A DNA stretch of 32,661 nt from an uncultured Bacteroidales bacterium. GTDB lineage: Bacteria; Bacteroidota; Bacteroidia; Bacteroidales; UBA10428. The stretch is from NCBI GenBank assembly GCA_964495025.1, contig CAZBUF010000423.1:1-32661 (forward strand), read 5' to 3'. Shown here piece by piece: positions 15,218 to 23,116 of this stretch (its first letter is position 1; each line of letters opens with the position of its first letter). The notes beneath the pieces are model-generated. The model was not told the DNA's origin. It made no database searches and was given only the letters and a program-made list of their open reading frames with translations. Both the position numbers and the translations under genes were made by a program.

Positions 15218-16705
15218 ATGACCTGTAAAGAATTATATAAACACAATATCCTGGCAATAATCAGGGCTCCTTTTTTTGAAAAAAGCAAACCTGCAGGATA
15301 TTTCATGGTTGCCGGCACCATATTCATTATTTTCAATCTGCTGGTTTTCGGGCTTTTTCTGGATAGCTTTGTTAAACTCGTATATCCTGATAAAGATCCT
15401 GTTTATGTTCTTAACTCTGCATTAATATATGTATTTGTATTTGATTTATTCTTTCGTTCAGTGGTTCAGAGGTTGCCAAAAGTTGATTTTATACCCTATT
15501 TAATATTACCTGTTAAGAAAACCTTGATATCCCGGTTTTTAATATCCAAATCATTTCTCAGCTTTTTAAATCTGTACCTTTTATTAATTTTTGTTCCCTT
15601 TCTGGTAAAAACAGTTTTGTTAAATTATGATACAGTTTCTCTGATTACTTATTGTGCGGGTTTCATTCTTATGGTAGTAATTAACCAGTTGCTGATAAAT
15701 ATTTTACACTGTTTGATCCAGAATCGTTTCTATTTGATTTTTTTCCCATCGGTTTTCATTCTAATACTTTTTATCGTAATATTTTATTTTTCCTGGCCGG
15801 CAGGTGATAAAACAGCGGTTATCGGTACAGCTTTTCTGGAGGGCAATATATATGTATTTGCCATGCAAATATTAATTATTCTCTTTTTATATCTTTTGAA
15901 TATTACAGCATTTAAAATATTAATATCGGGTGAAACAGATTTTCGTAATATAATACGGGAGGGCAGAAAAAATAACAGGGGTCCGGGTTACCTTGCTGGC
16001 CGGGGGATAATCGGAGAGTATATGAAACTGGAGCTGAGCATGATACTCAGGAATAAACGGACAAGACAGAATACTTATTATTCAATATTTTTTGCTGTTT
16101 ATGCCCTGCTGTTCATGTTTTTTAATGAAATATCCCTTGATTCAATTTATGTTACACAAACTGTATTTTTAATTGTAACGGGGATATTTGCACTTTTTCA
16201 CGGCCAGTTTTTATTAAGCTGGGAAAGCTCATTTTCAGATTTTATTCATACCTATAATATTGCTTTAAGTGACTTTTTAAAAGCCAATTTTTACTTGTTT
16301 GTAATAAGCAATTTTTTAAGCGGTATTATTTTTCTTCCTGTAGTAATAATAATGAAAACAGATATATATCTGTATATCAGCATTCTGGTATTTAATGCAG
16401 GAGTTACTAATTTTCTGATTATATATAATTCCGTATTAAATTCAGGCAAGATTGATTTAACACGTAAAGCATACATGAACTGGCAGGGTACCAGCCTGAA
16501 TCAATTTTTATTAATAATAGCCATTGTTACGGTTCCATCTGGTATCTCTTTTATTATCAGGAAACTTTTACCCGGATTCAGTATTTATCCGGCATTGATC
16601 TTTGCAGGAGTCATAGTAGTTGTTTTTCATAATAAATGGATTGACCTGGCAACTATAAAACTCAGGAAAAGAAAATACTCAAATCTTGAGAATTACAGAA
16701 ATTAA
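15218..16705 (+). CDS. Polytopic (~12 TM) membrane protein, permease-like partner of the downstream ABC ATPase (possibly DUF5687-like)
   Basis: It is about 495 aa and almost entirely made of hydrophobic helices. One cytoplasmic-looking basic loop is present (RNIIREGRKNNRGPGYLAGRG). The ATG at 15218 is preferred over the track TTG at 15212. The DUF5687 assignment is from memory of Bacteroidota annotations and is unverified. Confidence 0.7.
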   Translation: MTCKELYKHNILAIIRAPFFEKSKPAGYFMVAGTIFIIFNLLVFGLFLDSFVKLVYPDKDPVYVLNSALIYVFVFDLFFRSVVQRLPKVDFIPYLILPVKKTLISRFLISKSFLSFLNLYLLLIFVPFLVKTVLLNYDTVSLITYCAGFILMVVINQLLINILHCLIQNRFYLIFFPSVFILILFIVIFYFSWPAGDKTAVIGTAFLEGNIYVFAMQILIILFLYLLNITAFKILISGETDFRNIIREGRKNNRGPGYLAGRGIIGEYMKLELSMILRNKRTRQNTYYSIFFAVYALLFMFFNEISLDSIYVTQTVFLIVTGIFALFHGQFLLSWESSFSDFIHTYNIALSDFLKANFYLFVISNFLSGIIFLPVVIIMKTDIYLYISILVFNAGVTNFLIIYNSVLNSGKIDLTRKAYMNWQGTSLNQFLLIIAIVTVPSGISFIIRKLLPGFSIYPALIFAGVIVVVFHNKWIDLATIKLRKRKYSNLENYRN

Positions 16706-16855
16706 ATCGTGAAACGAAAATGAATTGTCTTAATATTGAATACACCTGCAGGCATGATTAAAATAAGTTCATTTGAGAACAAGATTAGCCGCTGGTTGCA
16801 GACATTATTAAATTTTTAATTAATCTGTTATTAGTCTGGTAAAAATTTTAAACGG

Positions 16856-17563
16856 ATGAAAATAATAATTGATAAGGTAATTAAAACTTATGGAAACAGA
16901 AATGTTGTTGATATTGATCTGCTGGAGATCAAATCAGGTGAGTTCCCGGGAATTGTCGGCAACAATGGGGCGGGTAAAACCACTCTTTTTCGTTTGATGC
17001 TGGATCTTGCAAAACCAAATCGCGGAGAAATAAAATCAGGAAATGTTATTGTATCAAAAAGTGAGGCATGGAAAAATTATACATCTGCATTCCTTGACGA
17101 TTATTTTTTAATAAATTTTTTAACGCCTGAAGAATATTTTCAATTCATTAGCAAATTATACGGATTAACAAATGATGAGATCTGCAGTAGGTTAAAAATA
17201 TATGACGGATTCATGAATAATGAGATACTTGATCAAAAAAAGTATATCAGGCAGTTTTCTTCGGGGAACAAACAAAAGATAGGAATAATAGGAGCATTAT
17301 TGGTTGAACCTCAGATATTAATCCTTGATGAGCCGTTCAATAATTTAGATCCTTCTTCTCAGAATATAATTAAGAAGATACTGAAGGATTTTAATAAGAA
17401 ACATAATTCAACAGTTATAATATCAAGTCATAATCTGAATCATATTGCAGATACCTGCTCAAGAATCATTCTGATGGAGAAAAGCAGAATAATCAAAGAT
17501 ATTAAGCAAAATAACGATAGCTTAAGAGAACTTGAAAGGTATTTTGCAATATCATACGATTAG
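16856..17563 (+). CDS. ABC transporter ATP-binding protein (stand-alone NBD)
   Basis: The motifs are Walker A GNNGAGKTT, a signature-like FSSGNKQK, Walker B ILILDEPFNNLD and an H-loop SSHNL. Confidence 0.93.
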   Translation: MKIIIDKVIKTYGNRNVVDIDLLEIKSGEFPGIVGNNGAGKTTLFRLMLDLAKPNRGEIKSGNVIVSKSEAWKNYTSAFLDDYFLINFLTPEEYFQFISKLYGLTNDEICSRLKIYDGFMNNEILDQKKYIRQFSSGNKQKIGIIGALLVEPQILILDEPFNNLDPSSQNIIKKILKDFNKKHNSTVIISSHNLNHIADTCSRIILMEKSRIIKDIKQNNDSLRELERYFAISYD

Positions 17564-17735
17564 GGATAATTTGTATTATTAATATACGTAAAGAGGTTCG
17601 GGAGTTCAGATATTTTGGGATAATCGTTATTTATATATGGTGCAAAGGCAGGGATCATAATACCTGAAAAAATTTCTAAAAACAGGAAATACTGAGTTTT
17701 TAAGTTAGTTCTCTTTAATAATTCAATGTAAAGCA

Positions 17736-18389
17736 ATGAAATATATTATTATTCTTTATAAAGCACTGGATAATGCCTCTTTATTTATTATTATATCTCT
17801 GGGCTTAATCCTGAACAATTACTTAATTAATGAATTTATTTATAGCAATGATATATTATATAAAGGGCTGGGAGATCAGTTAAGTGCTGATCACGTATCA
17901 ACGATAATTTATCTGTTAAAAAAGTGGAAATGGATCGGATACGTGTTTATACCAATAATACTGTTTGTAAAGCTTTATCTGATCTCATTCTGCATCGAGA
18001 TCGGCGCTATCTTTAAAGGGTATGAAATAAGCATAAAAAGAATTTTCAGAGTAGTGCTGTTCACTGAAATTGTGTATTTAACAGCACAGATTATGCGTAC
18101 TATAGCTTTGTATGTTTCAGATTATGAATCTATTAATGAAATTAGTCATTTCTATCCCCTGTCAATTATTGGTTTACTTAATTCTGAAAATTTAGCAGGC
18201 TGGTTATTATATCCTTTACAGATGATTAATTTGTTTGTCCTCATATACTTTTTTTTACTGGCTTATGGTCTTTCTGTGATGCTAAGAAAAAAATACATTA
18301 GGATGTTGTCCTTTGCAGTTGGCACATATGGGGCATGCCTGTTAATATGGGTGTTGCTGGTAATGTTTATTAGTGTTAGTATGTTATGA
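17736..18389 (+). CDS. Integral membrane protein of unknown function (about 5 TM)
   Basis: It is 217 aa with multiple hydrophobic helices. Its stop overlaps the start of the next gene in ATGA (18386-18389). I do not recognise a family. Confidence 0.7.
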   Translation: MKYIIILYKALDNASLFIIISLGLILNNYLINEFIYSNDILYKGLGDQLSADHVSTIIYLLKKWKWIGYVFIPIILFVKLYLISFCIEIGAIFKGYEISIKRIFRVVLFTEIVYLTAQIMRTIALYVSDYESINEISHFYPLSIIGLLNSENLAGWLLYPLQMINLFVLIYFFLLAYGLSVMLRKKYIRMLSFAVGTYGACLLIWVLLVMFISVSML

Positions 18390-18919
18390 TTATTCATTAC
18401 AGGAAATATTATAAGTCTGTTGTCCTTACACTGCTCATTTCCATACTGCTATATCTGCCATACAGGATATTCTCGGTTATTAAAATCAAAAGCAGTATCA
18501 TGAAGGAAATAGAAATATTACCGGATTTTGAGTTTACTACTTTACAGGGAACACGCTTTGGAGTGGATAACATTATTAAGGGCAGTCCGGTTGTGATATT
18601 TTTTTTTAATTCCGAATGTTATTATTGCATAAATGAAGTAGAGAGTATCATCGGGAACATTAATTCTCTTAAGAACACTAATATCCTGCTGGTTTCAGAA
18701 CAGCCATTAAATAAGCTGGCTGAATTATATGATGAATATAAATTATATAAATATCCGCAGGTGAAATTATTACACAGCAGTTATCGGAATTTCATCTCGA
18801 TATTCGGAAATACTGTTGTGCCCTCAACCTATATTTATAATGAAAGAATCAGCCTGTTAAAGCTATTCAAAGGTGAAGCAGGTATTGAGTCAATTTTAAA
18901 AGTTATTAATAACCCATAA
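18386..18919 (+). CDS. Membrane-anchored thioredoxin-fold (TlpA/AhpC-TSA-like) protein with CxxC motif CYYC
   Basis: It has an N-terminal TM anchor SVVLTLLISILLYLPY. A thioredoxin-like stretch LPDFEFTTLQG...GSPVVIFFFNSECYYCINE follows, with CxxC at nt 18617-18628. A cis-Pro-type region TVVPSTYIYN lies downstream. Confidence 0.75.
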   Translation: MIIHYRKYYKSVVLTLLISILLYLPYRIFSVIKIKSSIMKEIEILPDFEFTTLQGTRFGVDNIIKGSPVVIFFFNSECYYCINEVESIIGNINSLKNTNILLVSEQPLNKLAELYDEYKLYKYPQVKLLHSSYRNFISIFGNTVVPSTYIYNERISLLKLFKGEAGIESILKVINNP

Positions 18920-18930
18920 ACATCTGCCAG

Positions 18931-19335
18931 GTGGATTTAAAGGCAATTAAGAGATCATTTGTCAGGCAACATGACCAGTCAGATTGTGGTATTGCATGTA
19001 TGCTTAGTATTATCAACTATTACGGAGGTGAAGAAAAGCCGGAAAAACTCAGAGAACTTAGTGGAACAGCAAAAACGGGGACAAAATTGCTTGGCCTGTA
19101 CCAGGCATCCAGCCAAATCGGGCTTGTCGCTGAAGGACTGGAAACTAACATAGAATATCTGAAAAGAATAAAGGATCCTGTTATTTTACACATTACAACT
19201 GAAAACAACCTTCAGCATTTTATTGTATGCTACGGTTGCAGGGAAGATAAATTTATTATTGTCAACCCGGCAAAAGGTGTTGAGGAATATACAAGTGAGA
19301 AAATAAAAACAGTATGGAAATCCGGGGCATTGTTA
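18931..19335 (+). other. C39 cysteine-peptidase domain of the exporter
   Basis: Gln15, Cys19 and the HF...D/N-P region all appear intact, so the domain looks catalytically competent rather than a degenerate C39-like domain. Confidence 0.75.
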
Positions 19336-21099
19336 ACAGTAAGGCCAGGGAATGATTTTGTTAATAAAAAGCAGGCAAGGATAAAAAAGATAAAATGGGT
19401 CAAAGAGTTAATAAAAGAGGATATTACAATTCTGTCAGTATCATTGATCCTTGGTATAGTAATATCAATCCTGGGAATAATAATGGCAGTTTTTTCACAG
19501 ATACTCGTGGATGATATTCTGCCGGGTGAAAAAAAAGAAAAACTTATTGCAGGGTTAATAATTGTTGCATTCCTTTTGCTAATAAGAGGAGCATTGTCTT
19601 TTATTCATAATCTTTTTGGCATAAAGCAAAGCAGGGATTTTAATTTACGTATTATAGATTTTTTCTATTCAAACCTGTTAAGATTACCAAAAGCTTTTTT
19701 TGATAACCGCAAGACAGGAGACATGGTAGCAAGGCTTAATGATACATCAGTTATTCAGCAGACAATAGCCTATATCATTAATTCCCTGTTAATAAATATT
19801 TTGATCCTGATCATGTCAGGGGTTGTTATTTTTCTTTATTCCTTTACTGCCGGACTGATTGCTTTTTCCAGCCTGCCCGTGTATTTTTTAATTTCATATA
19901 TTTTTCATGACAGGATAGTGAAGGTCCAGCGTGAGGTCATGGAGGCACATGCGGGAAATGAAAGCAACTATATTAACAGTATACAGGGAATTGAGATCAT
20001 AAAGAACACAAATAATGAAAAGCTTTTTTCTGACTTAAATAAACTGGTATACGGGCTATTCCAGAATACTATATTTAAGCTGGGTAAAATAAACATCAGC
20101 CTGGGTGTTGTTGTCGATCTGACGGGTGTGATATTTGTTATGGCATTACTCACTGTGAACTCATTTATGGTCATTGGTAATTCAATTACTATTGGATCGC
20201 TGATAGCTATATCAGGTATATCATCGTTAATATTTCCTGCAATAGCTGCAATAGCCTTTGCAAATATTCATCTGCAGGGAGCAAGGATAGCTTTTGACCG
20301 TATGTTTGAATTTGCAGGGTTAAAAAAAGAGTATGAACTTCGAAAAGAGAATAATAAAATTAGCCAGGATAATATATCAACACTCTCCTTTCGGAACATA
20401 TCATTTCGCTTTCCCGGAAGGAAGGAATTATTCAGGGATATTTCATTTACAGTTAACAAGGGGGAAATGATTACTCTTTTTGGCCAGAGCGGTTGCGGAA
20501 AAACCACAATTCTGAATATTATCCAGAAATTCTATTATCATGATAGAGGCAGGTACCAGGTTAATAATATTGACTCAGATAAAATTTCTATCCCGGCGCT
20601 GAGAAAAAACATTGCTATTGTCCCGCAGGAAACGAAGTTCTTTAACGGAACAATAACAGATAATATTTGTCTTGAAAATACTAAAAGTGATCTTCAGGAG
20701 ATTATAATGTTTTGTAAAAAATATGGATTTGATAAATATTTTGAACAGTTCCCCATGGGATATATGACACTCCTTGGTGAGGACGGGATTAACATCTCAG
20801 GGGGGCAGCAGCAACTTGTGTCCTTTGCCCGTGCTCTTTACCGAAATCCCCTTGTGCTGCTGCTTGATGAACCTTCATCAAGCATGGACAGGGAAACGGA
20901 AAACTTTATTATTAATCTGATGAAAAAGTTAAAGAAAAATATAATAATAATACTTGTTACACATAAAATAAGCACAGCAAGGGAATCTGACAGGATATAT
21001 ATTATCGATGAAGGTGAGATTAAGCAGACAGGGAGCCATAAAGAACTTATATCTTATGAGAACATTTATAGTATGGCATATAATGACATTTCATTTTGA
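18931..21099 (+). CDS. Peptidase C39 domain-containing ABC transporter (bacteriocin/peptide processing exporter)
   Basis: The N-terminal sequence QHDQSDCGIACMLSIINYYGG provides the oxyanion Gln and catalytic Cys. The later sequence QHFIVCYG...IIVNPAKG provides the catalytic His/Asp region. Six TM helices follow. The NBD has Walker A GQSGCGKTT, signature ISGGQQQ, Walker B LLLDEPSSSMD and H-loop VTHK. The start is GTG; any downstream ATG would delete the catalytic Cys. Confidence 0.93.
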   Translation: MDLKAIKRSFVRQHDQSDCGIACMLSIINYYGGEEKPEKLRELSGTAKTGTKLLGLYQASSQIGLVAEGLETNIEYLKRIKDPVILHITTENNLQHFIVCYGCREDKFIIVNPAKGVEEYTSEKIKTVWKSGALLTVRPGNDFVNKKQARIKKIKWVKELIKEDITILSVSLILGIVISILGIIMAVFSQILVDDILPGEKKEKLIAGLIIVAFLLLIRGALSFIHNLFGIKQSRDFNLRIIDFFYSNLLRLPKAFFDNRKTGDMVARLNDTSVIQQTIAYIINSLLINILILIMSGVVIFLYSFTAGLIAFSSLPVYFLISYIFHDRIVKVQREVMEAHAGNESNYINSIQGIEIIKNTNNEKLFSDLNKLVYGLFQNTIFKLGKINISLGVVVDLTGVIFVMALLTVNSFMVIGNSITIGSLIAISGISSLIFPAIAAIAFANIHLQGARIAFDRMFEFAGLKKEYELRKENNKISQDNISTLSFRNISFRFPGRKELFRDISFTVNKGEMITLFGQSGCGKTTILNIIQKFYYHDRGRYQVNNIDSDKISIPALRKNIAIVPQETKFFNGTITDNICLENTKSDLQEIIMFCKKYGFDKYFEQFPMGYMTLLGEDGINISGGQQQLVSFARALYRNPLVLLLDEPSSSMDRETENFIINLMKKLKKNIIIILVTHKISTARESDRIYIIDEGEIKQTGSHKELISYENIYSMAYNDISF

Positions 21100-21183
21100 T
21101 AGTCCTGTTATTAAAAATCAGTAAGAAATATTTTTTGATTGTGCCAGAATATACTTAGGCCAATGAAATATATTCTTATATGA

Positions 21184-21960
21184 TCATTTTCTGATGATAT
21201 TCTTTTCCTTCTCAGGCAAATAGGATCTTAATTCCAGCTTCTGACCGTCAAGAACCGCAAATGAGAAATTGGTGATCCAGTCGCCAAGATTGATAACACG
21301 GCAGTTACCTGAAATTTTAAAATCGTAAGGTATATGGCGATGGCCTAATATGAAAAAATCAAAATGTCCGGTTTTAAGCTTTTCTTTTGCAAAAACAATC
21401 TGGTTTTCTTCAGCATCTTTCCTGCAAGGTTCAGCAACAAGGCCTTTGGCATAACGACTGCTTCGGGACCACCTTTGACCGAAAGCAATAGCTGCATTTG
21501 GGTGTATTCTGGCAAACAACCATTGAAGAATTTTACAGGTAAATATTGCTTTAAGTATCTTATATCCAAAGTCGCAGCGGCCCAGTCCGTCTCCGTGAGC
21601 CAGAAAAAACTTCAAACCATTTATTTCTCTTATTACCGGCTTACGGTAAATTGTCAGTCCTATCTCGTTTGGCAGGTATTTATACACCCAGATATCATGA
21701 TTGCCTGTAAAGAAATGTATTTTAGTGCCGTTATCCGATAATTCTGCCAATTTTCCCAGAAACCTGGTGAATCCTTTTGGTACTACTTTACTATATTCAT
21801 GCCAGAAATCAAAAATATCTCCCATTAAATACAATTCGTCAGCATCTGATTTAATACTATCGAGCCATTTTACCAGCAGCTTTTCTCTTATAAGGCTTTT
21901 CTCTGCGGGATATAATCCCAGATGAACATCTGAAATAAAGTAAATCTTTTTGTCAGGCAA
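21184..21960 (-). CDS. lpxH: UDP-2,3-diacylglucosamine diphosphatase (LpxH-type calcineurin-like phosphoesterase)
   Basis: The metallophosphoesterase motifs are ISDVHLG, GDIFDFW, GNHD, AHGD and GHRH. The size (258 aa) and a central insertion resembling the LpxH lipid-binding cap also fit. Confidence 0.75.
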   Translation of the reverse strand: MPDKKIYFISDVHLGLYPAEKSLIREKLLVKWLDSIKSDADELYLMGDIFDFWHEYSKVVPKGFTRFLGKLAELSDNGTKIHFFTGNHDIWVYKYLPNEIGLTIYRKPVIREINGLKFFLAHGDGLGRCDFGYKILKAIFTCKILQWLFARIHPNAAIAFGQRWSRSSRYAKGLVAEPCRKDAEENQIVFAKEKLKTGHFDFFILGHRHIPYDFKISGNCRVINLGDWITNFSFAVLDGQKLELRSYLPEKEKNIIRK

Positions 21961-21972
21961 GGTTGATAAATT

Positions 21973-23115
21973 TTAATTTAATAACTCTGAAAGTTTCCTG
22001 TTTAGTGCATTTGAATTTATATTCTTTGCTATGATAGTCTCCATATCTTTATCAATAAGATAATTACAGGGAATTGTATTAACGTTATATCTGGTCACAA
22101 CCCTGGAATCAGGATATGTGGAATCGTTAACACATAACCATGGCAACTCATCAAAATTAATTGCCCTTTTCCAGTGAGCAATGGATTTATCAAATGAAAC
22201 CTGATAGATCTCAAACCCTTTATGTTTATATCTGTCATAAACATCTTTAAGTTTAATATTTGCATTGACACTTTCAACATTCCAGGACGCCCAGAAACTC
22301 AGCAATACGTACTTCCCTTTTAATGACAACAGGTTAATGGTATCACCCCTGATATCAGGCAATGCAATTTCGGGCAATGCATAATCCTCTTGTTTGACAT
22401 AGCTAAGTATCTTTTGTGTATGATAATCCTGAATTAACTTGCTGGTGTATTTGTTAAGCACTGAAACATGGTTCGATCTCGGGTAGCGTTTTCTCAGTGA
22501 ATCCCTGACAATCTTATAAAACTGGATATCGCGTGTCTTGTTAAATAAATATGACTGTGGCTGTATTTCCTGGTATAATGCCCTGATGCTTGCCAGAGAT
22601 GAATAATTATTTAAAATAAAGTTAATTGAATACCTGCGGTGATCCTCAATAACTTTTTCATATTTTGCCGACAGGTCTTTTCTTGCCGTTTCATCTGATG
22701 AACTATTATAGTTGGTGGCCAGGGAATCGAGCTTAGACTTTGTTATTCTTAATTTATGCGACAGTTCATTGATCAACTGCGAACCTGTTGACCCTTTAAT
22801 TAAAAGTGTCTCACCTAAATTGCTTAAGTCTCCTGATATAACAGCACTTTCACCGGGCTCAAGCAAGAGGCTGATTATTTCATTATCTGATCTGAGTTGA
22901 TAGAATTGAGGGATTTTTGTTTGTGCAGAGAATGAAAAACGGCCCTTGTTTTTTAATCTTAATGAGTCAATTAATTTCACCCTGTAAACATCAACCTCTT
23001 CAAAATACATAGTTTGTCCCTTAGAATTCAGGAGCGTGCCCTTAATTTTGACTTTTTTAATATTACTGCACGAAACGAAAGCAAAAAGCCCGAAAATAAA
23101 AATTACAGTTCTCAT
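21973..23115 (-). CDS. TlpA/AhpC-TSA-like lipoprotein with N-terminal DUF4369-like domain; CxxC replaced by NVES
   Basis: The lipoprotein signal is MRTVIFIFGLFAFVSC (start taken at 23115, the second Met of the track ORF). The thioredoxin-fold block is GKYVLLSFWASWNVESVNAN...GFEIYQVSFD...IPCNYLID. The canonical WCxxC position reads WNVES (nt ~22270-22284). Confidence 0.8.
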   Translation of the reverse strand: MRTVIFIFGLFAFVSCSNIKKVKIKGTLLNSKGQTMYFEEVDVYRVKLIDSLRLKNKGRFSFSAQTKIPQFYQLRSDNEIISLLLEPGESAVISGDLSNLGETLLIKGSTGSQLINELSHKLRITKSKLDSLATNYNSSSDETARKDLSAKYEKVIEDHRRYSINFILNNYSSLASIRALYQEIQPQSYLFNKTRDIQFYKIVRDSLRKRYPRSNHVSVLNKYTSKLIQDYHTQKILSYVKQEDYALPEIALPDIRGDTINLLSLKGKYVLLSFWASWNVESVNANIKLKDVYDRYKHKGFEIYQVSFDKSIAHWKRAINFDELPWLCVNDSTYPDSRVVTRYNVNTIPCNYLIDKDMETIIAKNINSNALNRKLSELLN

Positions 23116-23116
23116 A

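Noticed and set aside
16706-16855. Tiny ORFs (13 and 21 codons) in the gap between the permease-like gene and the ABC ATPase; also a 7-codon ORF in 17564-17735
   Set aside because: They have no GG-leader-like motif and no hydrophobic core, and they are too short to support. They were examined as possible extra precursor or immunity peptides and dismissed.
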